DNA of 57,855 bases, the filler included, from Dugesia japonica (lineage: Eukaryota), in the NCBI GenBank assembly GCA_001938525.1. It is 6 parts of 6 records of this genome, joined end to end, with 100 filler letters (N's around TTAATTAATTAA, not from the genome) between each part and the next. Parts side by side here need not be neighbours in the genome. Positions count along the whole stretch, not along the records: positions 11,168 to 22,666 come from MQRL01592746.1; positions 22,767 to 31,258 come from MQRL01594258.1; 4 more parts are not named here. The stretch is one strand, 5' to 3'. The notes beneath the pieces were generated by a model. The model saw only the letters and a list, made by a program, of their open reading frames with translations. It did not search any database and had not been told where the DNA came from. This document shows, piece after piece, positions 13,286 through 25,924 of the stretch. The position numbers and the translations under genes are program-made. How positions within the stretch are numbered: position 1 is the first letter of the stretch; each line of letters opens with the position of its first letter.

Positions 13286-13672
13286 ATTATGAAGAAATGC
13301 TCTATGTTGTTATGAAATATGTTGTTATGCTTTATGTTTTTTAAATGAAAATGTTCTATGCTTTCATCATTTATCAAAGAAAATTTCATCGCTAATATAA
13401 TTAAAAATTGCATCATTTATCAGGTTTTATATTAGAAATTGCATCGCTAATGAGATTTTCTATTAAAAATTGAATTCGTAATGAGATTTATTTTAAAAAC
13501 TGTATAGATAAATAGATAATTTATTACAAATTGCATCGTTAACATGATTTTGTATTAAAAATTAGCAATATTTTATGTTTTTATGGAAAATATCCCAGCT
13601 AATACATTTTATAAGGAAAAGAAAATGTTTTTTAAATCATTATATTACTATTAAATTATTAAATTATTTTAG

Positions 13673-16600
13673 AACATTGCGAATTATACAACCATTACGC
13701 AAAGGCGAGCCACAATGGTTACTGCCATAGTATCATGGAAGGATACTATAGTCAATTGTTTTATGGGAAAATTATTTTGTGTCCTAATTGTAAGGTTTAC
13801 GTGACTACTTATGTTTTTATATGACAAATACGAAACTATTCTCATGTTCTAGTAAAAGTAAAAGAATTATATTAAAATCAATATTAGATAGGCAGATGGA
13901 TAGTTAGCTTTATGAAGCACCAGTAAATTAGAGAATTAAGATAGAAGAAATAACAGTTAAGGATGAACCAGTAGAAATAATTGAATATATTGTTGAAGAA
14001 ATCATCAATTTGGAATCGGAAGGGAAACATCAAATATTGTACAAGAAGTAGATGCAATCAATATTGAATCTCATGATTGGAGCAGTTTTGAAATACTTAA
14101 TAAACTTTGTAAAGAAAATATCGTGTTACATGAGCTCATCGATATGGAAGAGGAAAATAATCAAACTGGTGGATCGATTATGAATACTAAAGAAGATATC
14201 ATGTTACAACAATTTATGGATGTAGAAGAAACGGAAAATAATAATCAAGTTGGTGGATCAGCAAATAATAATAAAGTAGATTATGAAGTTATTATCGAAT
14301 TGGATTTGTATTGCTGTTATAGGATACTTAAAATAAATGTATCAAAATGGAATTGTCGTGAAATAAAGTTACCAGAAGCTATAGTCAACAAATTATTTTA
14401 GACAATAGAAGAAATGAAGCAATCTTAAATTCAATTTTTGATGCATGTTGAGTTCAAAAGGATAACAACAACTGCTGATTGATAAGAATTTGAGTTTAAA
14501 ACCTGTAGAATGTTAAATAGAGCCGTTGTATTAATTGATAATTTTATTGAAGATGGAATAAACCGATTAAATGAGAAAATAACAATAAGAAGCGAACTAG
14601 GCTCCAGTTGGATGTGGAATTGAATACTGGAAATTAATTTTAAGATCACAAAGGTTGCAGATATTTGTCGACTTTCGTGAAAAAGCTATATTCTAACACC
14701 GAAAGATTTAAAAATGAAAACGGCAATTGCAAATATCAAAAGCGATGGCAATTACTGTTTTATTTACAGTATTCTTGCTATCACCAAATAAGATCAAGTT
14801 TGAAAAAAGAATAAAAACCGAGTAACATAATATAAAAAATACATGATGGAGCTTGTATTTGATGAAGAGGATTTGCCGATGAAACTGACAGGCATACTAA
14901 AGTTCGAGAAGAATAATCCAGGACTATACATCAATGTCCTATCATGTAATCAAGAATCAGTGGTGGACGAAGAAGATGACGTAGTAATAAAACATCCAAA
15001 TTTGGATATAATACATCATTCAAAAGTGGTAGATGGAGAGAAAATATATCTATTATTACTGAAAAATAGCAAAGAATTTCATTACACCGCAGTAATAAAT
15101 CTAAATCGCCTAATAAACAGGGATAATAAAAATGAAAGTATTTGTATTCGATCAACATGGTGTCCTAACTGTCTCAACGGGTTAAAAAATAGAGTAGCTT
15201 ATGAGAAACATGAACCAATTTGTTAAAATATCCAGGCAGGTACCTGAATGTATACAATACTATCAGAGAAGAATTTAATTTTTAAGGATTATTCAAAATC
15301 TATAACACCACCTATGCGGACTTTGAGTCAGGTTTACCCTCAGACATGAAGCATTTTGAGAAACATTTACCCTTTTNNNCTGGTCTTATGTTGGTAAATA
15401 ATTTTACCAACGAAACGAAGTACAGACAGTTTTTTGGTTATGACTGTATATATCATTTCTTAAAGCCTGTGGAGGAAATAAGTGAAAACATTGTGTTTCA
15501 TTATTATAAAACGAAAGAAAAACAGAAAATTCTAATAACAAAGGATCAAGATAAAGAATTCAAAGCTGCAAAAATTTGTTATTTATGTAAGAAGAAAATA
15601 ACCGATCCCGTTCGTGACCATAACAATTTCACAGGGAAATATAGAGGAGCAGCGAACAACCAATGCAATTTAAGTAGAAAATTGTATATTTAACTACCAG
15701 TGGTCTTTCATAGTTTACAAGGATATGATTTTCATCATATTCTCAAGTATGATATTAATAATTTCAAGAATTGGACAATATCATGCAGTCCAACAACATC
15801 AAAATAATTTCTATGTTAAATTGTACGGCAAAATCAAACAACAGTTAAATTCATCTACAGCTATGAGTTCATAAATTCTTCAATGGACTCTGCTGTCAAA
15901 TCCCTAAAAGCAACACCTTTGACTACAGAGTAGTTTAAGAATCAGATTATTAACAAGTCAAAAGTGATATTTCCGCACAGTTTTGCAACGAGCTTAAAGG
16001 CTTTGGAAGAAACAAAGCAAATGCCACCAAAATGAAATGATGTTAGTAGGGAAAAATATGAGAAAGCATTATCAATGTGGGAAATATTTGGTTGTACAAA
16101 TTTGTTGGACTATATGATGTTATATTTAAAGCTGAATGTGTATTTATTAGCAGATTTTCCCCAGCAATTCCATGCAAAGTCTTTAGCACACAACAATTTG
16201 AAGCCGTTGACTTTTTTTGGAATACCTGGAATTTCATGGGCATCTGCGTTGATCTCATTAGAAAAACCAATTGAATTGCTAAAAAATAACGATATGTATA
16301 CCTTTTTCGAAGGAGGTATAAGAGGAAGGTTAACATTCGTTAACAAGCACCATGTTGCCACTAGTGAAAATGTTGACCTGTTGTATATAGATATTAATAA
16401 AATATATAGTTGGGCACTTAGTCAAAAGTTACCCTTTGCAAAGTTTGAATGGATCTATGATAGATTAGACTGGGTTTTTGAAGATTGTAAGAATGCAGAT
16501 CTAGATTCATTGCCATATGGATACACTCTAGAGTGGGACATGGTGATTCCTGCTGAAATTCATGATTATTTGAATGATTTACCGGTTGCAGCAGAACATA

Positions 16601-17576
16601 GAAGCTCTCCAGACTGTAAACTGAAGAAATTAATGTTAACGCACTACTCCAAGAACAATTACTTAGTGCACTGGAGATTGTTCCAGATATATTTAAGTTT
16701 ACGAGTTAAAGTAACAGAGGTTCATTGAGGAGTTAAATTCAGCTAGGCTTCAATATTTGAGAATTATATCAACACCAACACAATTCTCAGATCAAATTGT
16801 ATTATGGATTTGGATAAAAATTATTATAAACTGTTAAAAAACAGTTTATATAGAAAATCAGTGGAGAACCTCAAGAACAGGATTAATCTGCGCTTATGTA
16901 ATTCAGCAAAGAAACTGATTACATATACATCAAAAGCCGGATTTAAGAAAACAACAAAAGTTGATGATAATTTGATAGCGGTTTTTCTCAATAAGGACAT
17001 AGTTTGTTTAGATCGTAGGAACTACATAGGACAAACTGTACTTAACCTCTCAAAATTGAGAATGTACAAACTTCAGTTCATTGAGTTGGACAAGTACAGG
17101 AAGGAATATAATTGTAAAATTAATATTGCAGGCGGCGACACAGACAGTTTTTTTCTAGAAATAGAAAATAAGAAATTAGAAAAAATAACAGCAAGTATGG
17201 TGAGAGATCAGCTACTTGATACTTCAAATTATTTTAAAGATCATGTCATTTATAGTAAGAGTATGAACTTAGTTATAGGGAAATTCAAAGATGAGAATGA
17301 GAATTTTTTAGGCCAAAATGCTATAGCCTGCTCGGAGATAAGAACAGCATGAGAGCCAAAGGCATATCATTAAAAAAGACAGAAATATCTCACCAGTCTT
17401 AATTGACTGTTATAATGAGAACAAATCGGTCTTGGTGGAACAATTTAGAATAACCACCAAAAATCATCAATTGTACAGAATTAAGTCAAAAAATAGCACT
17501 GACTTATACAGATGATAAGCGCGTATGGGTAGGTAAAAATCACAGTGTTCGTTATGGTCATTATAGTATTAAGTAG
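13673..17576 (+). pseudogene. polB: Polinton/Maverick-type protein-primed DNA polymerase B polyprotein, copy B (degraded)
   Basis: In order: N-terminal Cys/His domain, GSSW, NYCFIYSILA, FHYTAV, YADFES, CYLC..VRDHNNFTGKYRGAA..CN, PVVFH..GYD, YLKLNVYLLAD, GGIRG, LLYIDINKIYSWA, YKLLKNSLY, GGDTDSF, GKFKDE, DDKRVW..YGHY; stop at 17574-17576. Numerous stops and frameshifts. Confidence 0.9.
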
Positions 17577-18234
17577 TTTTTTCCATAAAACCGTTCTTTC
17601 GATCAAGTCTGGTAAAAAACACTATTTATTTGTTTTTTAAATGTTATTATTATTATTATTTTTATTAAGATTACAAAAGAAAGAATTCTCATAAAACATT
17701 TGTGAACGTATAACCGATCCTCTTTAGGACCAAAATTGTACATTATTGTATTTATTTAAATAAACGTTGTAATTATCATTTTTTTTGTTTTTATTATTTA
17801 TCAAGTTTTGTTTATTATTTATTAAGTTTTTAAAATGCAAACATTCATTGTGCATGACGCATGCATGTTAAATATAAACAAAGTTAATTTAAATATCCAT
17901 TAATAATGAATTTGGACCTTATTATAGAAATAATGCTTGAAAATATTGAAAGAAATTATTTCTTATCCGAATTAAAAATATTATCAACAATTCAAGAAGG
18001 TAATTTAAAATTTTTTTTATTTAATTATATGATTTAATTAAAACTTTATGTTTAAAATAAAAAAGTCTTTGATTAAATAAGATTTATTATATAACATTGA
18101 AAAAAAACAACAACATATAAATGTACACAAAATATTTACAACACTTAACAAATAAAGTTTTTTACAACTAAGAAACAAGATGTTGGTGTGATTGTTTGAC
18201 ATTGCACACTGGATCTAAACTTATAATTAAAAGG

Positions 18235-18945
18235 TTTACATAAAAAAAATATTACCGCTATTTTTCTTCCTATCCACACGAAATTGTCTTTGCTTACGAA
18301 ATGCAATGGACAGAGCTTGCATTTTAACATTTGTTCTGTTTATGTTAATTATCTCCATCTCTGATTTTGTATGTTCATGTTCAATTTATTAGTAATGTTT
18401 ACTTTTTCTTACTTATAGATCTTCATAGCTGCTGTTGGCGGATCAAGTTCAAAAATTCTTACCAAGTTTTTCATCAAAAATGTCATATTTTCAAGAACGT
18501 TTGGATCGAATTGAAGTTTTGTAATGCTTTCTTCTTTTCTTAATACCTAATTAAATAATAATTATTGTATTAATATTAATAACATTATTACTACCAAACT
18601 ATCAAGAAATTGAATTTCTATTAAAGCATGAAGACCTTTTGTAGTTTCTTCTTCAACTTGTATTGGTACAACAAAATTTGCTGTTGCATATTTCAGCCAT
18701 TGGATTCATAAATTGCTCCAGAATGTATTGTCCTTTTATTCTCTCTGCTTTATTAACTATACACTTATTCAAATTGTCCATATAGTTCAGTGTATATGCT
18801 TGATTGACAATTGGCAACACTTTATATCCTTTATTGGGTAGATAATCTTTATCTTTATTATCTTTGTTGCATATATATATATATATATATATCTAATTGA
18901 GCATTTCATATTGCTTGTGTGATGAATAGCGAATATCTACCATTT
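18235..18945 (-). pseudogene. Degraded intron-containing orphan gene convergent with polB
   Basis: Long open stretches (NKGYKVLPIVNQAYTLNYMDNLNKC; VEEETTKGLHALIEIQFLDSL|VLRKEESITKLQFDPNVLENMTF) joined in frame across a 48-nt GT..TTAG intron at ~18547-18594. No family recognised. Confidence 0.35.
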
Positions 18946-19599
18946 TGAAAATAATGAAATATTTAAGAGAATGTAAATCCATCTAAAGGAAGAAATGGTT
19001 AAAAATGAAGGAAAGAAAAATAGTTGTTGTTGTAATAAATGTTTCTTATTGTAAATAGTTTTTCTTTGAAGAATGCAGTATTTATGCAATATGTATGCAA
19101 TAGGGTTGCAACTCAGGTGCCACACATATATTAAAAATCACGTGCCTATGAATTTTAGACTGCCAATCTCATGCAAAATATAGAGGCAATAAGAATAACA
19201 ATTAATATCAGGAGTTAAAACTTGGATTATTCTTTAAAATTCCGATAAAGTTTTTTTATTATAAATACTATGAAAAAATTTAGTTACTGATAATTGTCTG
19301 TAATAAATATCAGCATTTCAGAGTGAGCCATTCAGTGAGTTAGATGTTTATATATTAAATTGTACTATTGATTCATTATTATGCGAATAGTTTGCTAGAT
19401 TTTTGACAATAAGTTATTCTCTAAATTTAAAGTAAGCAAACAAAGCAACACGATAGTTTTTAATATAATATAACAAATACCATAATTTTGTCATGTTTAT
19501 TCCAATTTTATTACACCAGTTTGTTTAATTGTTTATATTTTTAAAATTAATGTGATTAAAAAATTAAGTTGCAACTATGTTGTCTTTTGATTTTTATCG

Positions 19600-20310
19600 T
19601 TTTAAGCTTAAAAAAGGTTTTTATGATAAGTTCAACATTCTATTAATTCTTTATTGGGACAATTACTCCCAAACGATCATATTTGTTGCACTACCAAAAC
19701 TTTAGAACTTTTATTTCCTCAGTTTTTATGCTTTCTCTGAAAATTATTTTCGACTATTTAATTTCCGTATAATGTTATGTTTGTCTAGGTTTGATATACA
19801 TTTACTTTTCTGTGATCTTATCTATCAATGTTGCTTTCTACTTTAAATTGTCTGTTGTTTCCAATTTACGAAGAATTACCTTTACTTTCACTGTTTTTAC
19901 TTTTGGTAGAGATTATAATTATTTTTTCTATAATCTCTTCTTTTGTAAGCTATTTATTTGACAAGAACCTCTCAACTAAGTCTTTTACCCCTTTAAAATA
20001 TGTCTCAATATCTGACCTATTGCCTTTGTAATTTCGTAAATTTAGAAAATCAATAATAAATTTTGATTACTTTTGAAATCGAAATTTAAAAAATAACTTG
20101 GAATCTTCAGCTTTCTTTTATACATTTTCAAATTATAATTTTACAAGAGATTCTAATACACCATGTAGAAAATAATCTTTTCCATTGTATTTCTATTTGA
20201 TGCTTTATGCATCGAAATACATTTCACATAAATTGATGAACCGTCAAGGTAGTCTCTGAAACAAAATACTTTTGCTAGCAATCCTATAATAATTGCTGTT
20301 ACCATCATTT
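19600..20310 (-). mobile_element. Possible gag-like retroelement remnant
   Basis: Stop-riddled frame FINLCEMYFDA..KDYFLHGVLESLVK..IETYFKGVKDLVERF. The resemblance to gag is weak. Confidence 0.3.
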
Positions 20311-20405
20311 TAGAAAATCTTTTTAATAAAATTTATTTACCAATGAGAATTTTGTGAAAATTCAATTTTTAATGATTAAAATTTGTAATTAATGAAACAT
20401 TAATA

Positions 20406-22242
20406 TAGTAAACTCTCTATATAAGCAACTTTCTCTAAAAGCAATTTCTATATAAGCAACGTTTTAATTCCATAAAAGCAACTATATAAATTTATGGGAT
20501 TCAATAAAAATACAATAATTCAATAATTATTATTATAAATTATACATTATTTATTATTAGTAGGCATTTACTATTAGTAGACATTATAAACTATACAAAT
20601 CCCATTCAATGGAGAAAAAGCAGAAAATTTCAATATCCTTAAAGAATAAAATGTCTAATTTAGAATATATAGATGATGTTAAGAAAGTCAAAGACATTTT
20701 TGAGCAATATGGAATTCATAAATCAAAAATTACTAAAATAAATTCTAAAAAGACACTTTGGAGACATTTTCGTCCAAAGAATATAAGAACCAAAACCTAA
20801 TCAAAAGATTAAAGCCCATAAAAACTCCTTTGTCAAAACCGAGATGTATAATTGGTTTTTAGAAATGCGGCACAATTAAAATTGAGTTTCAAATGATATG
20901 TTAAAAGTAAAAGCGCTTGATGTGAATAAATCATTAAATAGATCAGAATAGTATGCAGCTAGTGATGGATGGCTTAAAAAATTCAAAGAACGCGATGGTA
21001 TCCGTATATTGTCTGAGTTTCTAGAGAGTCTGTTCTGTATTATTGAAACCAAAATTGTTTTTCTTAAACTATTTCTACAAGATTGTGAGAGAAGCCAACT
21101 TTCAACCAGAGCATATTAATAAATGCAATGAAACTGGTGTCATTTACAAAAGTTTATATAAAAAACCAATTTCGCAAAATGTGATAAAACGGCTGCTGGT
21201 AGAAAAGCCATGAAAGAAAGAGTAACATTTATGCCTTCCACAAATGCAACAAGCTCGCATAAGCTCGATCTAATAATGATAGGTAAAGCAAAAAAACCTC
21301 GATGTTTTAAAAATATAGATTTGACATTATATTACAAGGCCTTTGAAAATGCTTGTCAAACGAGTTCTAATTTTAAAGCCTTGTACAATGAAATCTTTAT
21401 CCTTCAAGTTACTCTTCATTAACAATCAAAAAATCTCCCAATCAAGGCACTTTTATTGGTGGATAATGCATCTTGTCATGGTACAGAAATTATGTTTAAC
21501 GAGAAAAATAATTTCAAGGTGATCTAATTTCCTCCTAATGATACACCGTTGTCACAACCATTAAATCAAAGTGTTATCAAATCGCTTAAACAACTATATT
21601 GAAACTACTTGCCGCACAGGTTATAGATGATAGAATGATTTCAACACTTCACAATTTAAATTGGAAAAATGTTGCTTTCTTAATTGTTCAAGCTTAGACT
21701 GAACTCCCGCAATCGGTAATTAAAAATTCTTTTAAACATCTTTTAACTTAACAGAATCAGATTGATTCTAACTAACTTGGTCATAACGTTACCGATGAAG
21801 ATGTTCATTTGGTGAAACTATACAACTAAATTATGGACAGCAATAAATTGTGTAAAAATGAAATAATAAATGTGGAGAATGAAAGTAATGAAACATTTGT
21901 TTTTAATCCTATTGAGGAAAATGATGAAACGACAAATGACGATATTATCACCAACGAAGAAAACGTTGTTACTAATTCCATGAACATCAACGAGGTTATT
22001 AAATCTTTCAACATAGTGATAGAATTGGCATAGGAAAATGATACTCTGGTTAATGAAATTTTAGCTTTGCAACATATTAGACAAAATTTTTTACTTATAA
22101 AATATATTTAATTTGTGTTGTAATAATTATTTTGATTATTCCAACTTTTTTTCAGTTGCATTATGAAAAATTTATTTTAGAATCCTTTTTCCGTATATAT
22201 AAAAACTGGTTCACATGAGTTGCTTATATAGTGCGCTTACTG
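20406..22242 (+). mobile_element. pogo/Tigger-like DNA transposon with decayed CENP-B-like transposase
   Basis: 25-bp imperfect TIRs TAGTAAACTCTCTATATAAGCAACT (20406) and AGTTGCTTATATAGTGCGCTTACTG (22218-22242), each flanked by TA. Motifs ASDGWLKKFK, NETG, KERVT..NAT..HKL..IGKAKKPRCF, LLLVDNASCH, FPPNDTPLSQPLNQSVI. Confidence 0.9.
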
Positions 22243-22666
22243 TATATATATATCGTTGGTAACGAAAAAATGTACGTTTTTGAATTTCAATGCTGAACTG
22301 AAATGACTCTAAGATAGCTCATCTTTATTAATTAAAATAGCAAATATTACAATCAACACAGAATTGCCAATCGAAACAAAATCCTCTGTTCTAGATTCCT
22401 CAAAGTCATAGAAGTTATTTTCAGTACCTAGTTTTTTAGGATTATTCCATCATAGAAGTTTTAAAAAGTAACAGGGAGAGGTCCGGCTAGTTCTGAGAAT
22501 AAAGCAGAATTTCGTAGACAAATAAACAAATAATATTAAATCAATAAATTATGAGTAAGAAATATTTTACATTACAAATTATTTAATTAATTAAAAAAGC
22601 GAAAATTAATTATAAATATTTCAATAAATAATTTTGAAAGAATTTCTTTAAAACGCAAAAACAACA

Positions 22667-22766
22667 NNNNNNNNNNNNNNNNNNNNNNNNNNNNNNNNNN
22701 NNNNNNNNNNTTAATTAATTAANNNNNNNNNNNNNNNNNNNNNNNNNNNNNNNNNNNNNNNNNNNN
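22667..22766. other. Artificial contig linker
   Basis: 44 N + TTAATTAATTAA (22711-22722) + 44 N. Confidence 0.95.
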
Positions 22767-25066
22767 AGTGTGTCGCAACATTTTTGAAAAATATTAAAAA
22801 TTATTGAAGGTTTTGAACTCTGAAATTTTCTCTTGTAAATATGTTTTACATGGTACGCTAAATTTTCCGCGCGATCTAATTTTTAATTTAAAAAATAATT
22901 GCGATCTACGTAAATATAGGGTTTTTCTAAATTTNTCATAAAGTTGTTCAAAATGTTTCATCATTGTTAAATTAGTTATATTCGTTATATTATATCTCAA
23001 AAATCCACATGGTTATTACTGACAACGATTAAAACAGCATTGAAAATATTTAAATCTCTCCAGAAAGTATATCTACCAAAACAAAAATATTTTGTCAAAA
23101 ATGTGTTATTGTTATTATAATAAATTTATTATTAATTAGCATATTTGTAGACATATAACCATAATTTTTTCCTAGTANNNNNNNNNNNNNNNNNNNNNNN
23201 NNNNNNNNNNNNNNNNNNNNNNNNNNNTAGTCTTACTTGAGAACAATTTTCAAAAGAAATTTAAAAAATGATTAAATTTTTGTAAAATGATTAAATATTT
23301 TGACTTGATGATGAAACATTTAGAAAAAACCCTGTATATAATTTATTTTTCTTAACATAAAATGTCAGGATACGAAAAATCAAATCAATTTTTATTTAGT
23401 TTTTTTTCCAGTTTTTGAAATAACCCTGCAAATTTGATGCTTTGTATTGTGTTTCGTTCATCAATGCTATTGTTTGAAAATGTATTTACATGCATCAAAA
23501 AANTTTTTTAAAGGGCTGAAGATCTACTCAGAAGTTTTCCGCTCTCAACCTTGTGAACATTCCTGCTTTATATAGACAATATAATTATAATCACCGACGA
23601 TAATGAACTCTAAGCTTAAACTGTGGTCTCATATGACAGCAAAAGTAAGTAAACGACAGTAAGCATGCTCATTTTTCGCATTGAATAATTTTGTTTTCAA
23701 TAAATACTTAAAAACAAAGTTTTATTAACAGAATTTATCAAAAAAATTTGCTGTCGCGAAATTTTCAGATTTTTTTGTGTCGCAATCGAAAAAAAAGTTT
23801 AGGAAAAACTGCTTTAAATAAAATGTCAACACTTACTTTGATTTTTATTTTTTATTTATTTCGATTTATTTTCAGGATTTCATGTTTTTCGAAAATAATC
23901 AACAAAATCAGAACAATTAANNNNNNNNNNNNNNNNNNNNNNNNNNNNNNNNNNNNNNNNNNNNNNNNNNNNNNNNNNNNNNNNNNNNNNNNNNTGTATT
24001 ATAATGAAAACAGTCCATATTTTGATCAAGATTGTCGATTAACTAAATTTAGTTTTAATGTCGAGATTTGATTTATCGATAATTTAAAGTATTTATATTC
24101 CTATTTAACTATTAAATTATTTCCTTTATCGGTATTTTACACTGATTATTATTAATTTAATTATTGAATATTTATTTGACGTTGTTTTAGCATCATCCTT
24201 AGTTGAATTTTAATAACTTCTCGATCATCAAGATATTTTTGTACTTGATATCTAATAGAGGGTTTCCAGTTCAGTTTTAGAGATTTCCAATTCAATTTAA
24301 TATTGTAACTCTATCTTTCTAAATAATTATGCGCATATTTGTTTGAATATTAAAACTTTTTAAAGTTAATTTTTTCAATTCTGACAAACATTGTTCTCAA
24401 TAAATGATTGGTAATGAGGATTTTTTTTCTGCCTAATAGAAAATATGTTAAATAAAATCGACATTTTAATTACAATAAATAAAATGCTTCGATCAAAATA
24501 AAATGTATTTGTAAAAAAGTTCAAATTTACGACCATAGTCGTTTTCAGGAACATGACGACTTCTTGATTGATTCAACGCAAAAGATCTTTGTTACTCAAT
24601 TCTTTAGATTTTATCGGATTTTTATTGGTTTATTTTAATTATGAATTTTAATCTNNNNNNNNNNNNNNNNNNNNNNNNNNNNNNNNNNNNNNNNNNNNNN
24701 NNNNNNNNNNNNNNNNNNNNNNNNNNNNNNNNNNNNNNNNNNNNNNNNNNNNNNNNNNNNNNNNNNNNNNNNNNNNNNNNNNNNNNNNNNNNNNNNNNNN
24801 NNNNNNNNNNNNNNNNNNNNNNNNNNNNNNNNNNNNNNNNNNNNNNNNNNNNNNNNNNNNNNNNNNNNNNNTAATTATAAAACTCGATATTTTAAATTAT
24901 ATTTTTGTTTCTAAAAATTGTTTTGGTAAATTTTCTGGATTTCTCCAAAAATGTGATGGTCAATCTAATCAAACACCAAAGGCTCAGCAAAAATAAATAA
25001 AATAACATGCTATTCGAAATATCAAGTCAATCGTTGCAATGTATTATTATTATTAATTAGTATTAT

Positions 25067-25458
25067 TGTTAGATTAGTTTGAAGCACTCATCGGATAATT
25101 AATTTCAAAACTCAATTCCATAAAAGATTTATACACAAAACAAAACTATCACCATCATCATTTGTTTTTTCAAACAAATTAAAATTTTCATTTCAAATTT
25201 ATCCAAAATTTTTAAAACAAAACAATCATTTCCTATTAAAATATAATTAAAAATTCTTCCGAAATTTTAAAACAAAATTGTCTTTTCTAAATATCTACAA
25301 TAAATTGTGCATAAAAATATTTAAATTAATTTTTTAACTATTCATAATTTTTGTACAAAAAATTTACTTTAATTTGTGACTTTCAATTTTTAAATAAAAG
25401 ATTTTAAGAAAATAATTTCCAAGCAAAGAACAAAAATTTCAATTCGCTTTTCAAAACA
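25067..25458 (-). mobile_element. Probable solo LTR of the Gypsy family seen in contig A
   Basis: Begins (minus strand) TGTTTTGAAAAGCGAATTGAAATTTTTG, matching ~2610-2685 and the sequence that follows the integrase/PPT at ~1749. The distal end is uncertain and no clear TSD is visible. Confidence 0.45.
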
Positions 25459-25654
25459 TACTCGCTATTATTATTATTGTTTTACAATTGCAATTATTGT
25501 GAGATAACCATTGATTGTTTTCCAGAATTCATTTTAAAATTAAAGCTTCGATCAAACTTTGTTTTTTTTATCAAAAATCAAAAAACAAAGCTTTTATTTT
25601 AAAATGAATTATTATTATTATCAAAATCTAGCGAAAATGATTAAAAAAAAAGTC

Positions 25655-25689
25655 AATTCCTGACGAATACAAAGTCGAAAATTCGAAAT
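25655..25689 (+). ncRNA. Minimal type I hammerhead ribozyme-like motif, copy 1
   Basis: AATTC-CTGACGA-ATACAAAGTC-GAAA-ATT-C-GAAAT, within local inverted repeats (25527-25735). Confidence 0.35.
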
Positions 25690-25924
25690 ATTATCAAAAA
25701 AAAATTTGATCGAAGCTTTTATTTTAATGAGAATAATAATAGAGTTTAAAGTTCAGTTAAATAAATTTTTAATTTAATTTAATATTTATCATAACTTTAT
25801 CTTTTTCGAAACAATTATTAAATTGAAAAATAATTATCAAGCTGGACTGGAAACCCTGTAAATCCAGACGGAAATTACTACACAAAGGTGTTAATAATAT
25901 TGTTGAAATGAATCGTCTTATTTA

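Noticed and set aside
18910-18950. GRYSLFITQ resembling a packaging ATPase motif
   Set aside because: No Walker A or B motif nearby, and the frame is closed on both sides.
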